Of a DNA stretch of 64,000 bases, positions 49,820 through 63,052 are shown in pieces. Made by a program: the position numbers and the translations under genes. How positions within the stretch are numbered: the stretch's first letter is position 1; each line of letters opens with the position of its first letter. The stretch is from Cenococcum geophilum. Its lineage: Eukaryota. The stretch spans positions 27,590,001 through 27,654,000 of the forward strand of contig CP158635.1 of NCBI GenBank assembly GCA_050273025.1, read 5' to 3'. The notes below the pieces were generated by a model. The model was not told the origin of the DNA and did no database searches. It worked only from the letters and a program-made list of their open reading frames with translations.

Positions 49820-50243
49820 ACGTGTTTTATCACTCATCCGCCAAAATCAGTCATCCGCCAGCCCCAAAAACCACCAAAAATTGGAAAAACTGCACCTTGA
49901 TATCTCAACAACGGCTTAATAATAAATTCTGAAATTTTATAATTAGCCTTTTATACCTATTTTAAACCTTCTATTAGATTTAAAAAGTAATCTATTAAGT
50001 AGCTCTAGAGATATCGCAATTTAGCTTAAAATTAGGGGCCAAAACCTAATATCTTAATAACGGCCAGGCTTATTACGCTAGAATTTTATTAAGTGTCTTA
50101 ACGTAGGCATAAAAGGCTAATTATAAAATTTCAGAATTTATTATTAAGCCGTTGTTAAGATATCAAGGTGCAGTTTTTCCAATTTTTGGTGGTTTTTGGG
50201 GCTGGCGGATGACTGATTTTGGCGGATGAGTGATAAAACACGT
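49820..50243. mobile_element. Palindromic MITE, Fot1/pogo-type ends
   Basis: TA|ACGTGTTTTATCACTCATCCGCC...GGCGGATGAGTGATAAAACACGT|TA; ~135-bp inverted arms; core related to 10256-10681. Confidence 0.92.
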
Positions 50244-50490
50244 TAAGGGATCTTTTATCCCTTACTCAGGTACACGCCCAGGAGCTCTCAGGGGTAGCCT
50301 CGGCTAAGCCTTGGCACCTCCTTATCGCAGCCCTTCCCTCCTCACCGGTTCGTCTCTCTGTACGAGGGTATTGCCATACCCTACTCTTTACCATATCGTC
50401 CTCTTCCATCGACTCTCCTATAACTCATGCTCGGCTTACCTGCTCCCTACCGTACACCCCGGCAATATCCCTCACAGTATCATATACTAT

Positions 50491-50628
50491 CCCTTAACCC
50501 GCTGGCGTCCTACCTTATCGATAAGATGATGGTCCGTGTGTATGGAACACCAAAAGTTCGTCAATCTAGGGCTTCTTATTGGCTGAAGTCTTATCGATAA
50601 CGTGGGACCCGAATCAGCAGGTTAAGGG
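50491..50628. mobile_element. ~140-bp MITE of the CCCTT...AAGGG family
   Basis: TAT|CCCTTAACCCGCTG...CAGCAGGTTAAGGG|ATA; same subterminal motifs as 46004-46143. Confidence 0.72.
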
Positions 50629-50858
50629 ATAACGCCTACGCTATATATCCACTAAGCTATAATAGGTTTTTTAGAATAGCTATTATTAATCTATATAGGT
50701 TTTATATATATTAGTTAGCGTTTAGTAAAGTTATAGAGGTCTAATATCATTAATAACGCATTTTTTTTTGTGCGCGGTTAAACCTCGGATGAAAGTCTGT
50801 GAACGAGATAAGAGATAACATCCACATATTGAACCTCAATATCCCAGTTGGTACAGCA

Positions 50859-51575
50859 ATGGGCTCTTCGGCTTCCAAAGGTGCTCGAGCAGCTGGCTCT
50901 GCCGCGCGCAAATATCCAACCCACGTCTCCAGGCCCACTAACGCACCACCGTTTGCCCCGCCACCAGGTCAAGCTATCAGACCCAGCCCAACCGTCCATC
51001 CCGAAGCCCAAGCGAGCGAATCGAGGAACGGAGGTATGCTTAACCGTCCTTCCAATCCAACAGCTCTTCTTCATCCTTTTCCCCCTGTAGACTAAAGCCA
51101 GCATTCAGCGCTAATTCTTAATCTCCCAGCCATAAACCTCGACGCCGAAGATCCCGCCTTCGCCGCCCAACTCCGCTCTCTCGGCGCCGTCCAGCCAAAC
51201 CCACACTTTTCGCCCACCTCCACCTCACCGCTAGACCCACAGCGAAATACTTCCACGACCAGGCCCTCAAATCTCTCGCCGCTGTATCCTTCCTCCACGT
51301 CTCCGTTTCCGCCATCTGCTTTCCCGGACCCGCGCACTAATCCGGCGTTGATGGTGCTGCAGGCAAGGCAGAGGCTGCAGGAGGAGGCAGAGGAGGAGTT
51401 TTTGAATGTAGGCCGGAAGGGCTTTCCCGGGAGACGGTTTGTAGATGTTTCGACTGTTCGGCAGGCGTTGCTGTTAAGGCAGAAAGGAGAAGGGGAAGAG
51501 GACGTGGAGAGGAAGTTGGGACTCAGGAAAGGGAGGCTGAGCGTGCTGGGCAAGGGGATTGTAGAGGGAGTGTGA
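50859..51575 (+). CDS. Conserved fungal hypothetical protein with C-terminal helix-turn-helix-like region; intron 51034-51129
   Basis: MGSSASKGARAAGSAARKYP...INLDAEDPAFAAQLRSLGAVQPNP...GRRFVDVSTVRQALLLR...VERKLGL. Confidence 0.75.
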
Positions 51576-52080
51576 TAGGAGAGGGAAATCTTTAGTGGTT
51601 TGATGCTGTTAGGCCGAAGTAAACACAAACCAGGAGGTACGAGAGCATCCGTGAAAGGTTTGAGTCTTGCATGGTGACTAGCAGGATTGTAAAGGCGCTG
51701 CTTTCACTCGCATGTCTTTGCGACTTCTTATGCGCGAAGTTTAGCGAGCAGTACAGACTGGTTTGCGGAATTAGTTAGCGGGGGTTTGTTGATTCCTGCT
51801 GACCTTGAGGGCAGGAAGTGGCTGAAAGCCTTATATGGAGAGCCTGGGTGCTTACCAGTTAGCAAAAGGCGTGTGGCTCAGCAAAGCCCTGGTCACACGC
51901 TCCAAGATGTATAACATGTATTTGTATATTTGCTGTGCAAAACGTGCCTGCCAAAAAATTGTATATAAGACAATAATATACAGCTATCTACTCTGCCTTA
52001 TAGGATTGCCAGTACTGCTTCATCTCGCACTTACCTCAGGAGGTAAATGCATTGCAAGTATAGCAGACGTTATCGAAACA

Positions 52081-52926
52081 CAGGGTTGCAAGTCAATCAA
52101 CGAGATTTCAATATTGAATTGAATCGATTGAATCTTGGCACTCAATTCAACCGATTGAGGGTTCACTGGCTTTTCAATTCAATCGATTTGGAAGTTGAAT
52201 CGGTTGACAAATATTGAAACTTTTGATATTATAGAAATATTAACAAGTCATAATGCTCTAAACCTTACCCGAGCATTACCCAATGTTTACACCGTCATAT
52301 CAAGAACTTTGCCACCGGATTTGCCCATCAACAATATTAATTCTATCACCACCATGGCTTCCAACGCGTCAGATAATGGCCAAATGAACACCTCAATCCT
52401 TTCTACAGCTCGTTCTGATCCTACCGCACCTACTAACCTCCAGCGTGTCTCAGATTACAGCCTAGATGGTAATATTAACGCGTCTACCACCGATTCCCAA
52501 TAAGAAGAGTATAAAGGAATTAAGTGGAAGCGTCTTCTTGGCTACCATATTCCTCATCTAACGGCGGGCAGACGTCGTGGGCCTATAGGCAGTTAAAGCG
52601 ACCGGCGATAAAAGAGACAGTATAATGCAGCAGGAGAGTATATCAACACTATGCCAAGACTCGCGATAGGCCTATATTAAGAGCTGGGTGACAGAAAGGG
52701 CAGTCAGAAACGATTTTGGGCGTCGCCAGGTAGGTCCTCCTGCATCAAATCTATGCCAAGACTCATAATAGTTGCTGACTACTCCAGTTAAATTCAGTTG
52801 TAACTAGGTGCCAAGACTTCAATATTAATTCAATCAATTCAATTAACTGGACTCTCTGCTTACAAAGCTTTCAATTCAACCGATTCAGGGCCTCAATCGA
52901 GTTGAGTTGATTTATTTGCAACCTTG
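52081..52926 (+). mobile_element. Internally deleted hAT transposon (846 bp)
   Basis: TIR CAGGGTTGCAA / TTGCAACCTTG; 8-bp TSD TCGAAACA; subterminal ATTGA/TCAAT repeats; short N-terminal coding relic. Confidence 0.88.
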
Positions 52927-53732
52927 TCGAAACATCGCACTAAAGGGCCTACTACTAATTAACTAAAACCCTACAAGGCGCTGAATCTGATGTTGCCAAA
53001 GGCCCTGCAATATTCATACAAAGTTAGCCTGCCGCTCTCTCATCGAATGTGTTAAAGAGCTTCTGGAATCCTTACGTCCTGGCCAGCCGGGAACCAATCC
53101 AACGTAAACCACGATGTTCTATTTGACATCAAACTTACCTTACATCTAGCACAACCGCCTCTACCTACATAGCAGAAGCAAACCCGGATATCTTTATAGA
53201 CTCTATCATTTATGATGATACCACCGTACAGAGCATGCGCTGCAGAGCATAGGCGATAGCCAGGTTGCTGCCGCGCGGGCTTCCAATCATCAAGTAGCGC
53301 AACCAGATACCCTTACCCGCCCACATCATTACCTTTGCTGGCCATAGCCTCTGTGGCATACACCAACTTCCTAGTTCGGGCGTTCGCTAGTTCCCGCCCC
53401 CAGAAGGATGTATACACATAAAGGCCTTTAGTGGATGTTGGTAGGGAGAATTTTGCTGCGCTAAAGAGGGATAATATTTTCGAATTATTGGAGTTAAGAG
53501 AACTTTAGCCTCTCTTGCCCTGCGACGACAAAAGTAGGTATCGCGCCGTGCGGCATCCTCGCGAAGCTTAATAACATTTCTAATAACCACCACTCCCAAC
53601 CTAAAGTCCCAACAACCACAACGGGACTAATTGCAGGCTGTTCGGAAGAAAAGAAGAAGCAAAAAGCCGTCACGCACAAGCAACTGTAGCAGAACTGAAC
53701 TCGTAAACGGCAAAATAAAGCTAACTATGCAT

Positions 53733-56226
53733 TCAAGAGAATCTTCTCATCTTTGACAAGCTCTGTCTCCCCTTTGAGATTCTTTTGCGTTTTATGGCGG
53801 CCGAGCTCTGAGCGACTGCTGCTAGAAAAGAATCTTTTAGCCCATCCTGGTCCGCTTCGGACATGCAGCGCCGGTGGGTTGAATAATTGCTTAGTGACTC
53901 AACAAATGCTGTTCCAAGGTCATCCATAACTGTGCTATTTGTTGGAGCATCTAGCGCGAAGCTACCAACTAGGTTGTCAACAAAGTTGCCCATCTGCTCA
54001 TCAGTAGTAGCATAACCCAGTCCAAATAAATTAGTAATCGCGCCCATACCAGCTGCAATCTCGCGGTTTAAATGTATTGCTTCCTGTAGGAATTGTGAGT
54101 GAATAGTGGATCCCTTCGACTTTGGCTTGAACACGTCAAGCCGCAGTATTTCCTGTACGGAGGGGCTATCAGAGGCCAACATTCCAAGCTCGGAGAAGTC
54201 AAAGTCGGATATCATACAACGCGATGGGATCTCTCCCCATATTAGCCATTCGTACTGGCCCCGGTATCTGCAAAATATAAGCTTTTATATTAATAAATAG
54301 AGTCTTGAGATCACCTCATTCCTATGAACTCCCCCTTGCGTTTTAAGGTGGATATAATATTCGAAGCCGGCCATGAGATCCCTTCCAGTCCACTAGTATC
54401 AATGACGGCGATGCGTGGATGCCTTCCTGCGTGTATTGATCTAGCTGCTACAATGCATAGGAATAGAATTGAGGTTGTCACAGATAGAAAGGGTGAGCAA
54501 CCTTTCTTGTGGTGCCAGAAGTGCTACAAAGTGGTTAGCTGTTGTGACGATGAGGCAAATTTAGGACCGCACATTTTCAGCGAACACCTCAAATAGTTCG
54601 TCATCCATTGGCAGAGCGCTTGTAACTCCTCTTGGTCGGGAACCATATAATGAGGCGCGGAAACCCAGCCTTGAGTCCAAAAGACTTTGAGATTCCTCAT
54701 CGTAGCATCGATATACAAGAGTGGGAATAGTTTGGCTCCTGGCTTGAACCTTTCGAGTGGGCTCTGTAGAAGTAAGCTTTTTGGTCAGATAATTAACGGG
54801 ACTTAGAGCACCTTCAATAAAATCGTCTGCCCTGTCATGAAAACTTATTAAGCTTTTAGGAGATATGGGATTGCTTAAGACTGGAGTTTCCATTACAGAG
54901 AATTGTTTTGGAAAGCTAGCACTATTAGATAGCTTTGGCGGAGGTTTTGGTAGTGTGCGTGAGGCAAGAAGATGGAACTTGCGCTGCACGCGAGGCGATT
55001 TAGAAATAACGGCGTTTCCTACCCGAACTTGTTCTTCCTCCTCTCGATATTGGATCTCTATATCGAGCACTGCCGCACAGATCTCAATATTCTTGCGAGG
55101 TTCTTGAAAGTGACCACGTGGATCTTCAAATGGCGTGAGACAATAGACGCTGCTCCAAGCGGGGTCTTGTCCATAGTGCAAAAGATCATACCATTGGCTC
55201 ACCACTACACTCTTATTTAGAGTGTTGCCTGTAAGATAGTTAAATATCTTAGTTATGCTATCCCATCCACCTTCTGTATTGTACCAGCCTTACGTTATAT
55301 TAACAATGGAATTTGGTGGATTAGAGATGAGATAACTTACGGCGCACCGTGCAGAGCAGTTCCTTCTCATTATGAGTCCATTTGTGATTAGGGGCGCACT
55401 CAATGCGGCGCAGATTTTCCGTTAAATTAGACGTGAACTCACTGTGAGTTACTTGAGATCTTCTGACTGGTGGTTCCGCGATGACGATCTTTCTGTGGGG
55501 GATATACGGGATATCGTCCTTTCCTATACGCGCAAAGTAGGAGCTTGACTGCCCGGTCTTCTTCCTCGGTCTAATGGCAGAGGCTCGCCGAGGGCATGGC
55601 GAATCCAGTTCGGAAGAAACTGAGGTGTCGCCGCTCGTGTCCGACTGTAAGTCATCGTATGTGATGTCTAAGTGATGAAGAGAAGTTGTTGCAAAAGTAG
55701 GTTGGTTACGTTCGTTATTGGTCGCGATGATTTCGCAGAAATTACCTGGGGTTGGTGCGCTGCTTTTTGGCTGGTGATTGTAGAAAGGATCACTAATTGG
55801 GATCTTACCATATTCATCTTCGTTGTCGGCTTCCAATCGCGGAGGGACTTGATTTGAATTTTGAGCACTAGTCGGTTCACCCCATGGCAGCGATCTCATA
55901 AAGACATTTAGATAATCGCTGGTATCGTCCCGAACACCGTCACAATTATCGTGAATGGTTTGCTCATTAGGTAATGAGGACTTGGTACTCGCGGCGCTGG
56001 GAGAGGGCTTTTTATCGCAGAAAGATCCTTCAAGTCCGTGACACTGAGTATCTTCTTCTTTGATGCCCGGTGTTGTTTCCTCCCACTGCGCTTCATGCCC
56101 TCTAGGCGGCGGGGGGTCTGAGTCTTGAGACACAGGCGTCTGACCCGTGGGGCTGTGTCCTGGAGGCGCGTAAAGGAAGATTTGAAGGTTTTGTATACTT
56201 CCATTAAAAGTCCAATGCTGAGCCAT
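53733..56226 (-). CDS. Hypothetical protein with a Myb-like segment and a C-terminal R-S-E (ADP-ribosyltransferase-like) motif domain; 4 exons
   Basis: Splicing joins ORFs 55321..56226, 54561..55205, an unlisted exon (~54320-54525) and 53733..54215. Motifs HKWTHNEKELLC...WDSITKIFN, LVYRCYD, SPFLSVTTS, RIAVID, YRGQYEWLIWGEIP. Confidence 0.68.
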
Positions 56227-56992
56227 TGCAGGTTAGAGCTACTGGTATCACAGCCAAATAACAGGTTGGATGAGGTTGTGATGTTGTCAGAAGAGATGGA
56301 AGACAGGAATCTGCCCTAGACGTGAGGTATTAGGGTTCATGCAGCCATGGCCTTATGATTACATCACAAGTAAATAAAATTAGTGAAGTAAAGAATATAA
56401 ATGGAATGAGTGAGGCTAAAATATTTATGTGAAATTGTTGACCGCCAATTGGCACCCAAAAGACTGGTCCTATTGGCAGCGCCAATTAGGACAATAATAG
56501 CCTCAAATTCCGGTCGACAGAAATTGAAGCGTAGAAACCTTTATTCTAAGCGTGTAAGTTTTATCTATAATAGATATATCAACACTAATTGCAGCAATAA
56601 GAGACTAGTGAAAGAAAGGCCTATAAGTCGTTAGTTTGTTGGTCAGATGTAAGAGGAAGTTAAAGGATATGGCATTCGCGAGATGACAGAGATTGAGATC
56701 CGATTGATCTCCGAGAACCTCCCGACATCTCTCCCGAACGCTTTTGGCATCATCTTTACAACCATCTATACCACAGCAAGGAATAATTCTTTTAAGAACC
56801 TTTTTGTTATAGTCATAGGCTTCTTGCAGGAAAATTTCTATACACTTTAGTTTTACGCTTAGCAGCTGCTTAAGAACCAAATCCACCGTTGCTTTTCTAA
56901 TTCATCCACTCCAGTTTTAACTCCACGAATATATTCCTAGCTTTGAGCACCCGCAGGATTTTAGGCAGCTGCCTCTTATTAACTCAGCTACT

Positions 56993-57363
56993 ATGGATAA
57001 TCAAGAAGCCACCTCCTACCTGACCCAATTCATCGGTAAAACTCTCCGGATCTATACTACTGACAGCCGCATCTTCGCAGGGCAGATGAAATGCACAGAC
57101 AGAGTCAGCCTTTAATCCGCGCAAGCTATAAGTATACCTAGCTAACATCCTCATAGGATCGGAACATCATTCTCGCTCTAACTCACGAATACCGCCATCC
57201 ATCTGAAGCAGCCGTTAAAAAGGCAATCCAAGACTCTGGCAACCCAGCCACCCAGGTAGCATTGACGAGCAGATATGTCGGCTTGGTGGTTGTACCAGGA
57301 CAATATATCACTCGAATTGAGTACGAAGAGGGTCAGTTTAACAAAGATGGCGTTGTCCCATAA
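56993..57363 (+). CDS. Sm/LSM-domain protein (Mak31/Naa38 NatC subunit-like); intron 57104-57156; missing from the ORF track
   Basis: MDNQEATSYLTQFIGKTLRIYTTDSRIFAGQMKCTDR|DRNIILALTHEYR...SRYVGLVVVPGQYITRIE. Confidence 0.85.
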
Positions 57364-57826
57364 GCATACTAGGGCCAGAGCAATCATAAAGGGCTGGAGC
57401 AAGCCTGGATACATGTGAATTACGGGAATATATTATAGAAGCTATTGGGGAGCCTTGCAGAAGAGAGATTGCTCGCTGCATTATAGTGTTACCTTGCGTT
57501 TGGTCTAAGCAGGGCATACTTTTGAAGCGTTGACGCTTCTAAGGCGTTTTAAGAGGAGGGCCTCCAATAGTACCACCAACAATACGCATAAGCCGCATCG
57601 CTTCAGATCCCAGTTCAAGCAAGGTTGATAGCTTATATCAAGGAAGCAAGGAAGACGAAATCCGATTGTCAGCATTTGAAGGTGCGCCTCAACCTCGGCT
57701 AGACTTCCCCGCTGTCGATCTCCTGCCTCTCGAAACTCCCAAATCGACATCTACAAAATATTCAGACTCTCGGTGTTACAATGCCAGCTACTTCCAAGCT
57801 TTCAATTAGTCCGCCACATTTCTAAC

Positions 57827-58870
57827 ATGAAAGCCGTAGTAATTAACAAGTTCGTCACGGTACATTCCACCCCTCACCACTCAATATTCCAGCTAACCTC
57901 TCCCAGAACCTTCAAGACCTTAAGCCCACAGATACCCCCTTCCCGAAACCGTACGCCCCGCGCTCCGTATAAATTCGCACAACCCACGCCGCCCTAACCC
58001 GCGTCGACCTCCTCTACGCCCAAGGCACCAAAAAACCGACGGCACGTCATCCCGCCCTTCATCCTCGGCACCGAATTCGCGGGCATCGTAACCTCCTCAC
58101 CAGCTTTCTCCTCTCTAGAACCGGGCACATAGGTACTTGGGTCCGGCCTAGGATCCTTCGCGGAGAATATCTGCGTGGATGAAGGAAACGTGAGGAGGGT
58201 TCCTGACAGATGGAGCAACACGAAAGCGCGTGCGGTTGGGGCAAGCGGAGCTATTAGTTGGGTGATCTCGTCCCTACCGCGAAGCTACGGAAGGTGGGGA
58301 CGGTGCTAGTGCTTAGTGCTGGAGGCGGGCTGGGTGTGATCGCAGCGCAGATTGCGAAGGCAGTCGGAGCGAAGGTTATAGGGATGGTGGGGGATAAGGA
58401 GAAAGCTAAGATCGTGAGAGGTTTGGGTGCGGATGAGGTGGTGGGGTATAACCTGTTTAGATGGGAAGGGAGGGCTAAGGAGCTGACGGAAGGCGGGGAG
58501 GGTGTGGATATGGTTTATGATGCGGTGGCTCAAATATAGGGGACGCGTGGTTATTATAGGATGTCCTGGGCGAGGTGGCAAGATTGAGGAAGTCAAGGCT
58601 AATAGGATTCTTTTGAAGGCAGCAACCGTTGTGGGTTATGTGAGTGACTATAGATAATCTTTTAAGCATTAGATGTTGATTGACTATTTGGGATGGCTTT
58701 ATGAAGTTCGTTAAGGATGGTAGCGTCAAACCTGTCATATATAAGGAGAAATGTGTGGGTTTGGAGAGTATACCCGCGCTATGGAGGATCTGAAGGCGCG
58801 GAAGACATGGGGAAGAGCTATTGTAACAATTGATGGGCAGGGAGATATAAAGGGCAAGACGAAGCTGTAG
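57827..58870 (+). pseudogene. Zeta-crystallin/quinone oxidoreductase (MDR family) pseudogene
   Basis: MKAVVINKF, PPFILGTEFAG, VLVLSAGGGLG, GVDMVYDAV, RKTWGRAIV. Frameshift near 58030, in-frame TAG near 58130 and apparent deletion near 58530. Confidence 0.78.
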
Positions 58871-59341
58871 AAGGCATTAACCTGGCTCGATAAATACAAT
58901 ACTAGAGAATATTTCCTTTGATGTTGGAGACATTCGATATAGGGAACGATTAAACTGGGGCGAATTAGCCAGGGGGTTTTTTTTTTTTTTTAAAAAAAAA
59001 AGGGGAAATTGATGGCATTTTACCTTTTTTGTCTACCACTGTAATGCTGGGTTGGCGAGGTAAGTGGTGAGGCGCAAAGTGGTGATCTGATGGCCAAGAC
59101 ATGTGGCTGACGGAGAGAGCCGCAGCGTCGTGAATGTCCTTGTCGAAAGTTCGCCGGAGAATAGACAAAGCCCTCATAATTCACATCACTCCAACTACAA
59201 CGCACACACTCTCTAGTCAACTCGGATCACACATGAAGTCACATTACTCGGCTTCCGCCTAATAACACCTCCGAGTCAATCTCAATCTCTCTTTCCTCCG
59301 CACCTTCATTCCCAAACGCCTCCTCCAGCTGATCCGCCATC

Positions 59342-62300
59342 ATGTCGGGTCTCCACGATCACAGCGGCTCCGAGTCTGAAGACGATGATTTCAATCCACA
59401 ACCTGAGATTGATGAGGAAGAGAAGGGTGACGGATCATCCGGCCTCCCAGATGCGGCGCGCCGGAGAGTGCAGGAGGACAACTACGATGATGAAGACGAT
59501 GAGCAGGCTGCAGCACCTGCTAAGAAACGTAGGAATGAAGACGATGAAGACGATGCGGAGGCTGAAGATGAGCCGGATGTCGATGGCGCAGCCGACGATG
59601 ATGACGAAGAAGAGGAAGACGACGACGAGGATGAAGTTGTGGTGAGCTTTCCGTTTGCCTGGAATTTACAGTCTTCTTGACTCTTTTTAGGGACGGTCGC
59701 GTAAGCGCAGAAAGCGAGATGCTCGTATGCAGTTCATCGATGTCGAAGCCGAAGTCGACGACGAGGACGAAGAGGAAATCGAAGAAGACGATGAACTCCC
59801 GGATGAGACTCACCCCGATGATCTCCTCGAGCCAGGTGGCGCTGATCTGGATGACCGACGCCATCGAGAACTCGACAGGAAGCGCGAAGCCCAGGCGAAT
59901 ATGGATGCGGAGCAACAAGCAGCCCTGTTCAACCAAAAATACGGCCACAGAAATGCTGTACGCATGGAGTCTTCTCGGGCTCCACAGACATTAACGCTTC
60001 CCACTGTTAATGATCCGGCAATCTGGGGAGTTAGGGTAAGGCCGACGAAAGAGAGGGAGGTCATATTTGCGATCACCAAGCGAATTGAAGAGCGAGCAAA
60101 TTCTCGAGATCCGCTCAGGATATACTCGGCCTTTGAGCGTGGAGGCACGATGACTGGCTACATCTATGTGGAAGCGGATAGTAAGCAGGATCTGATGGAG
60201 GCACTTGAGGATCTATCAAACGTCTATGTTCGGGCGAATGCCCCTATCAATGTCGACGTCAAGGAGAGGCCGGATCTCCTACGAAAGCAGAAATCTGAGC
60301 CATTGAAACCGGGCCAGTGGGTGCGAATGAAAAGACCACCCCTATATGCTGGTGATCTTGCAAAAGTCTACGAAGTGGAAGGGAACGGTCTAGATGTCTC
60401 AGTACAATTGGTTCCTCGTCTCGACTATGGCCTCAACGAGGACGCCAACGCAGTTCCAGACGCCAACAAGCGGAAAAGAGGAGGTTTTGCTGCAGCTGGA
60501 CCACGCCCCCCACGGAAGCTTTTCAACGAGGCTGATGCTAAGAAGAAACATATGAAATACCTGCAACAGGTTTCATCTTCTCTGGCCACCACGAAGCATT
60601 ATATTTACAGGAACGACACCTATATCAATGGGTTGCTTATCAAAGACGTCAAGATAAGCCACCTTATGACGAAGAACGTTGATCCCAAAATGGATGAAAC
60701 GGCGGACTTCGGGTCAGTGGCCGCGGACGGCACGACGACGCTAGATCTCAACAGTCTGGCTGCCACACTCAGAGCGGCTACTTCAGGCTCTTCTTACGTG
60801 CCTGGCGATAATGTTGAGGTCTACGAAGGCGAACAAAAGGGCGTTGTTGGTACGACTGTGTCCGTATCAGGAGACATCGTCACTTTGAGGGTCACAGAAG
60901 GCGAACTAAGAGGTCGAACAATTGATGCTCCCGTGAAGACTCTTCGTAAGTTGTTTCGGGATGGTGACCACGTCAAGGTCATTGGGGGCAGCAAGTACGT
61001 CGATGAAGTGGGCCTGGTGGTTAAGATTAAAGATGATCGGGTTACGCTGCTCACCGATTCGAACCAGCAAGAGATTACAGTTTTCAGCAAAGATTTGAAG
61101 CGGGCAGCTGACTCCGGAACCGTTGGAGACGACTCGAATTTTGACCTTTATGATCTCGTACAGCTTGAGTATGTACCCCTGGCTGCTGTTTCAAGAATAT
61201 TCATCACTAACCTGATCTTCTAGTGCTGCGACTGTTGCATGTGTCATTAAAGTCGACCGTGAGACCCTTCGTGTACTTGACCAAGCGGGCTCGGTCCGCA
61301 CTGTTTTGCCATCACAAATCGCCAACAAGCTCGAGAAGCGCAAAAACGCTGTGGCTACAGATCGGGACGGTTCCGAAATCCACCACGACGATACTATCAA
61401 AGAGCACGGAGGAGAGTCGCGCCAAGGCCGTGTTCTCTACATCCACCGGAACTTCCTTTTTGTCCAGAATAGAGAACAGGCAGAGAACTATGGCATTTTC
61501 GTTGTCCGCAGCACCAACGTCACAACGATGGCTGCCAAGGGTGGTCGTGTTCAGGCTGCGGGACCAGACTTGTCGAAGATGAACCCGTCCATGATACAGC
61601 CTGGTGCAAATGGAAGTTCCATGCCACCACCCCGATCCATGGGCCGCGACAAGCTCATCGGCAAAACCGTCACAGTCCGCAAGGGCCCGCATAAAGGTCT
61701 GCTCGGTATCGTCAAAGACACCAACGGCGACGACGCCCGCATCGAGCTGCACACCAAGAACAAGACTATCACGGTGAAGAAGGACATCCTCGCGGTCAAA
61801 GACCCCATCACAGGCACAAGCATAGACTTCGGCGGCAAATTCGCCAACCGCTCGCGGCCCAGCGGCGGCGTACCGAACTACAGCGGCGGCCGCACACCCG
61901 CCTGGGGCGGCGCCGGCGGTGGAGCGCAGCCACGCGCACCATCCTGGGCCACGCCCGCACCCTCAGGCAGCCGCACGCCCGCATGGGGAATGTCAGGGTC
62001 AGGCGGGCGCACACCGGGCTGGGGCGCGGCGAACGACGGATCGCGGACCGCGTACGGCGGTAACGACGGGTCCCGCACGGCCTACGGCGGCACCGATGGG
62101 TCCCGTACGGCCTACGGCAGCAGTGACGGCTCGCGCACCGCGTACGGCGGCTTCAGCAGCGGCGGGCGCACGCCCGGCGGGCCCGCGTGGGGCGCCGCGC
62201 CGTCCGGGTCCAAAACCCCCTCGCACAACGGCGGCGCGGCGCACCCCTCCTCCACCACCACCTCCTCCAACTCCAACTCGAACACATACCACCCCCCGAC

Positions 62301-62619
62301 GCCATCCTACCAGGCCCCCACCCCCGCAGCTTACCAGGCGCCTACCCCCGCCCCTTACGCTTCCTATGCCGGCGGGGCCCCGACGCCTGCGGGCCCGCTC
62401 GATGCGCCGACCCCGGGCTTCTCGGCGCCCACGCCGGGGGATTCCGCGCAGCATCCGACGCCTAGGGGGTATGGCGGGTATGGGTATGGCGCTACGCCAG
62501 CTGCGGCGCCGACGCCGGGAGCTCCGACGCCGGGAGCGTGGCCGGACACGCCGTGGGGGGCGCCTGAGACGCCGGCGGCGGCGGGGGGGATGGGGGAGGA
62601 AGATCCGAGATATGAGTAG
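59342..62619 (+). CDS. SPT5: Transcription elongation factor Spt5; introns ~59642-59690 and ~61169-61223
   Basis: Acidic N-terminus, FIDVEAEVD, NGN domain (LPTVNDPAIWGV, GYIYVEA), KOW motifs, C-terminal GSRTAYG and PTP repeats. Confidence 0.96.
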
Positions 62620-63052
62620 GGTGGGCAGGTGGGTCGGGTGGAAGAGGGTGTGGAAGAAGGATGGGAAGGGAGAGTGGAAAAGGGGGTGGGGGGTGTGGAG
62701 ACCGGGGTGGAGGAAGGGGAGGAAAGGGGAAGGGAGATGGACAAAAGGGGGAGGAGAAAAAGGGAAAGGGAGCGAGTGCGAGTGCATTTTTGGCGTTTTT
62801 CTACTTTGTCTACCGGGGCGGGAGGGTGGGGGTTTAAACCAGGAGCCTTTTTTTTTCTCCTTATCAAACCATTTTTATACACCTGCTTTAGCGGCCGGGC
62901 TGTGTTAGTAGTGTTTGAGAGTTCAAGAGCTGGAGCGTTTGACAGGGTGACAAGACGCCAACGGGACGGGACGGGGCGGGAGCGGGCGGGAGGAAATATA
63001 TTTTAAGGAGCCGGCTAGCTTAGTTCGGCCGAGGCTTAGAATAAAAGCGCTA

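Noticed and set aside
56605..56886. 93-aa minus-strand ORF
   Set aside because: Non-ATG start and no motif; cannot be supported as a gene.
58977..59001. T-run followed by A-run palindrome upstream of SPT5
   Set aside because: Simple homopolymer tracts are common in promoters and their length is unreliable.
61808..63006. Long GC-rich overlapping ORFs at the SPT5 3' end (similar ones at 5185-7064)
   Set aside because: Shadow frames of GC-rich low-complexity coding tails.
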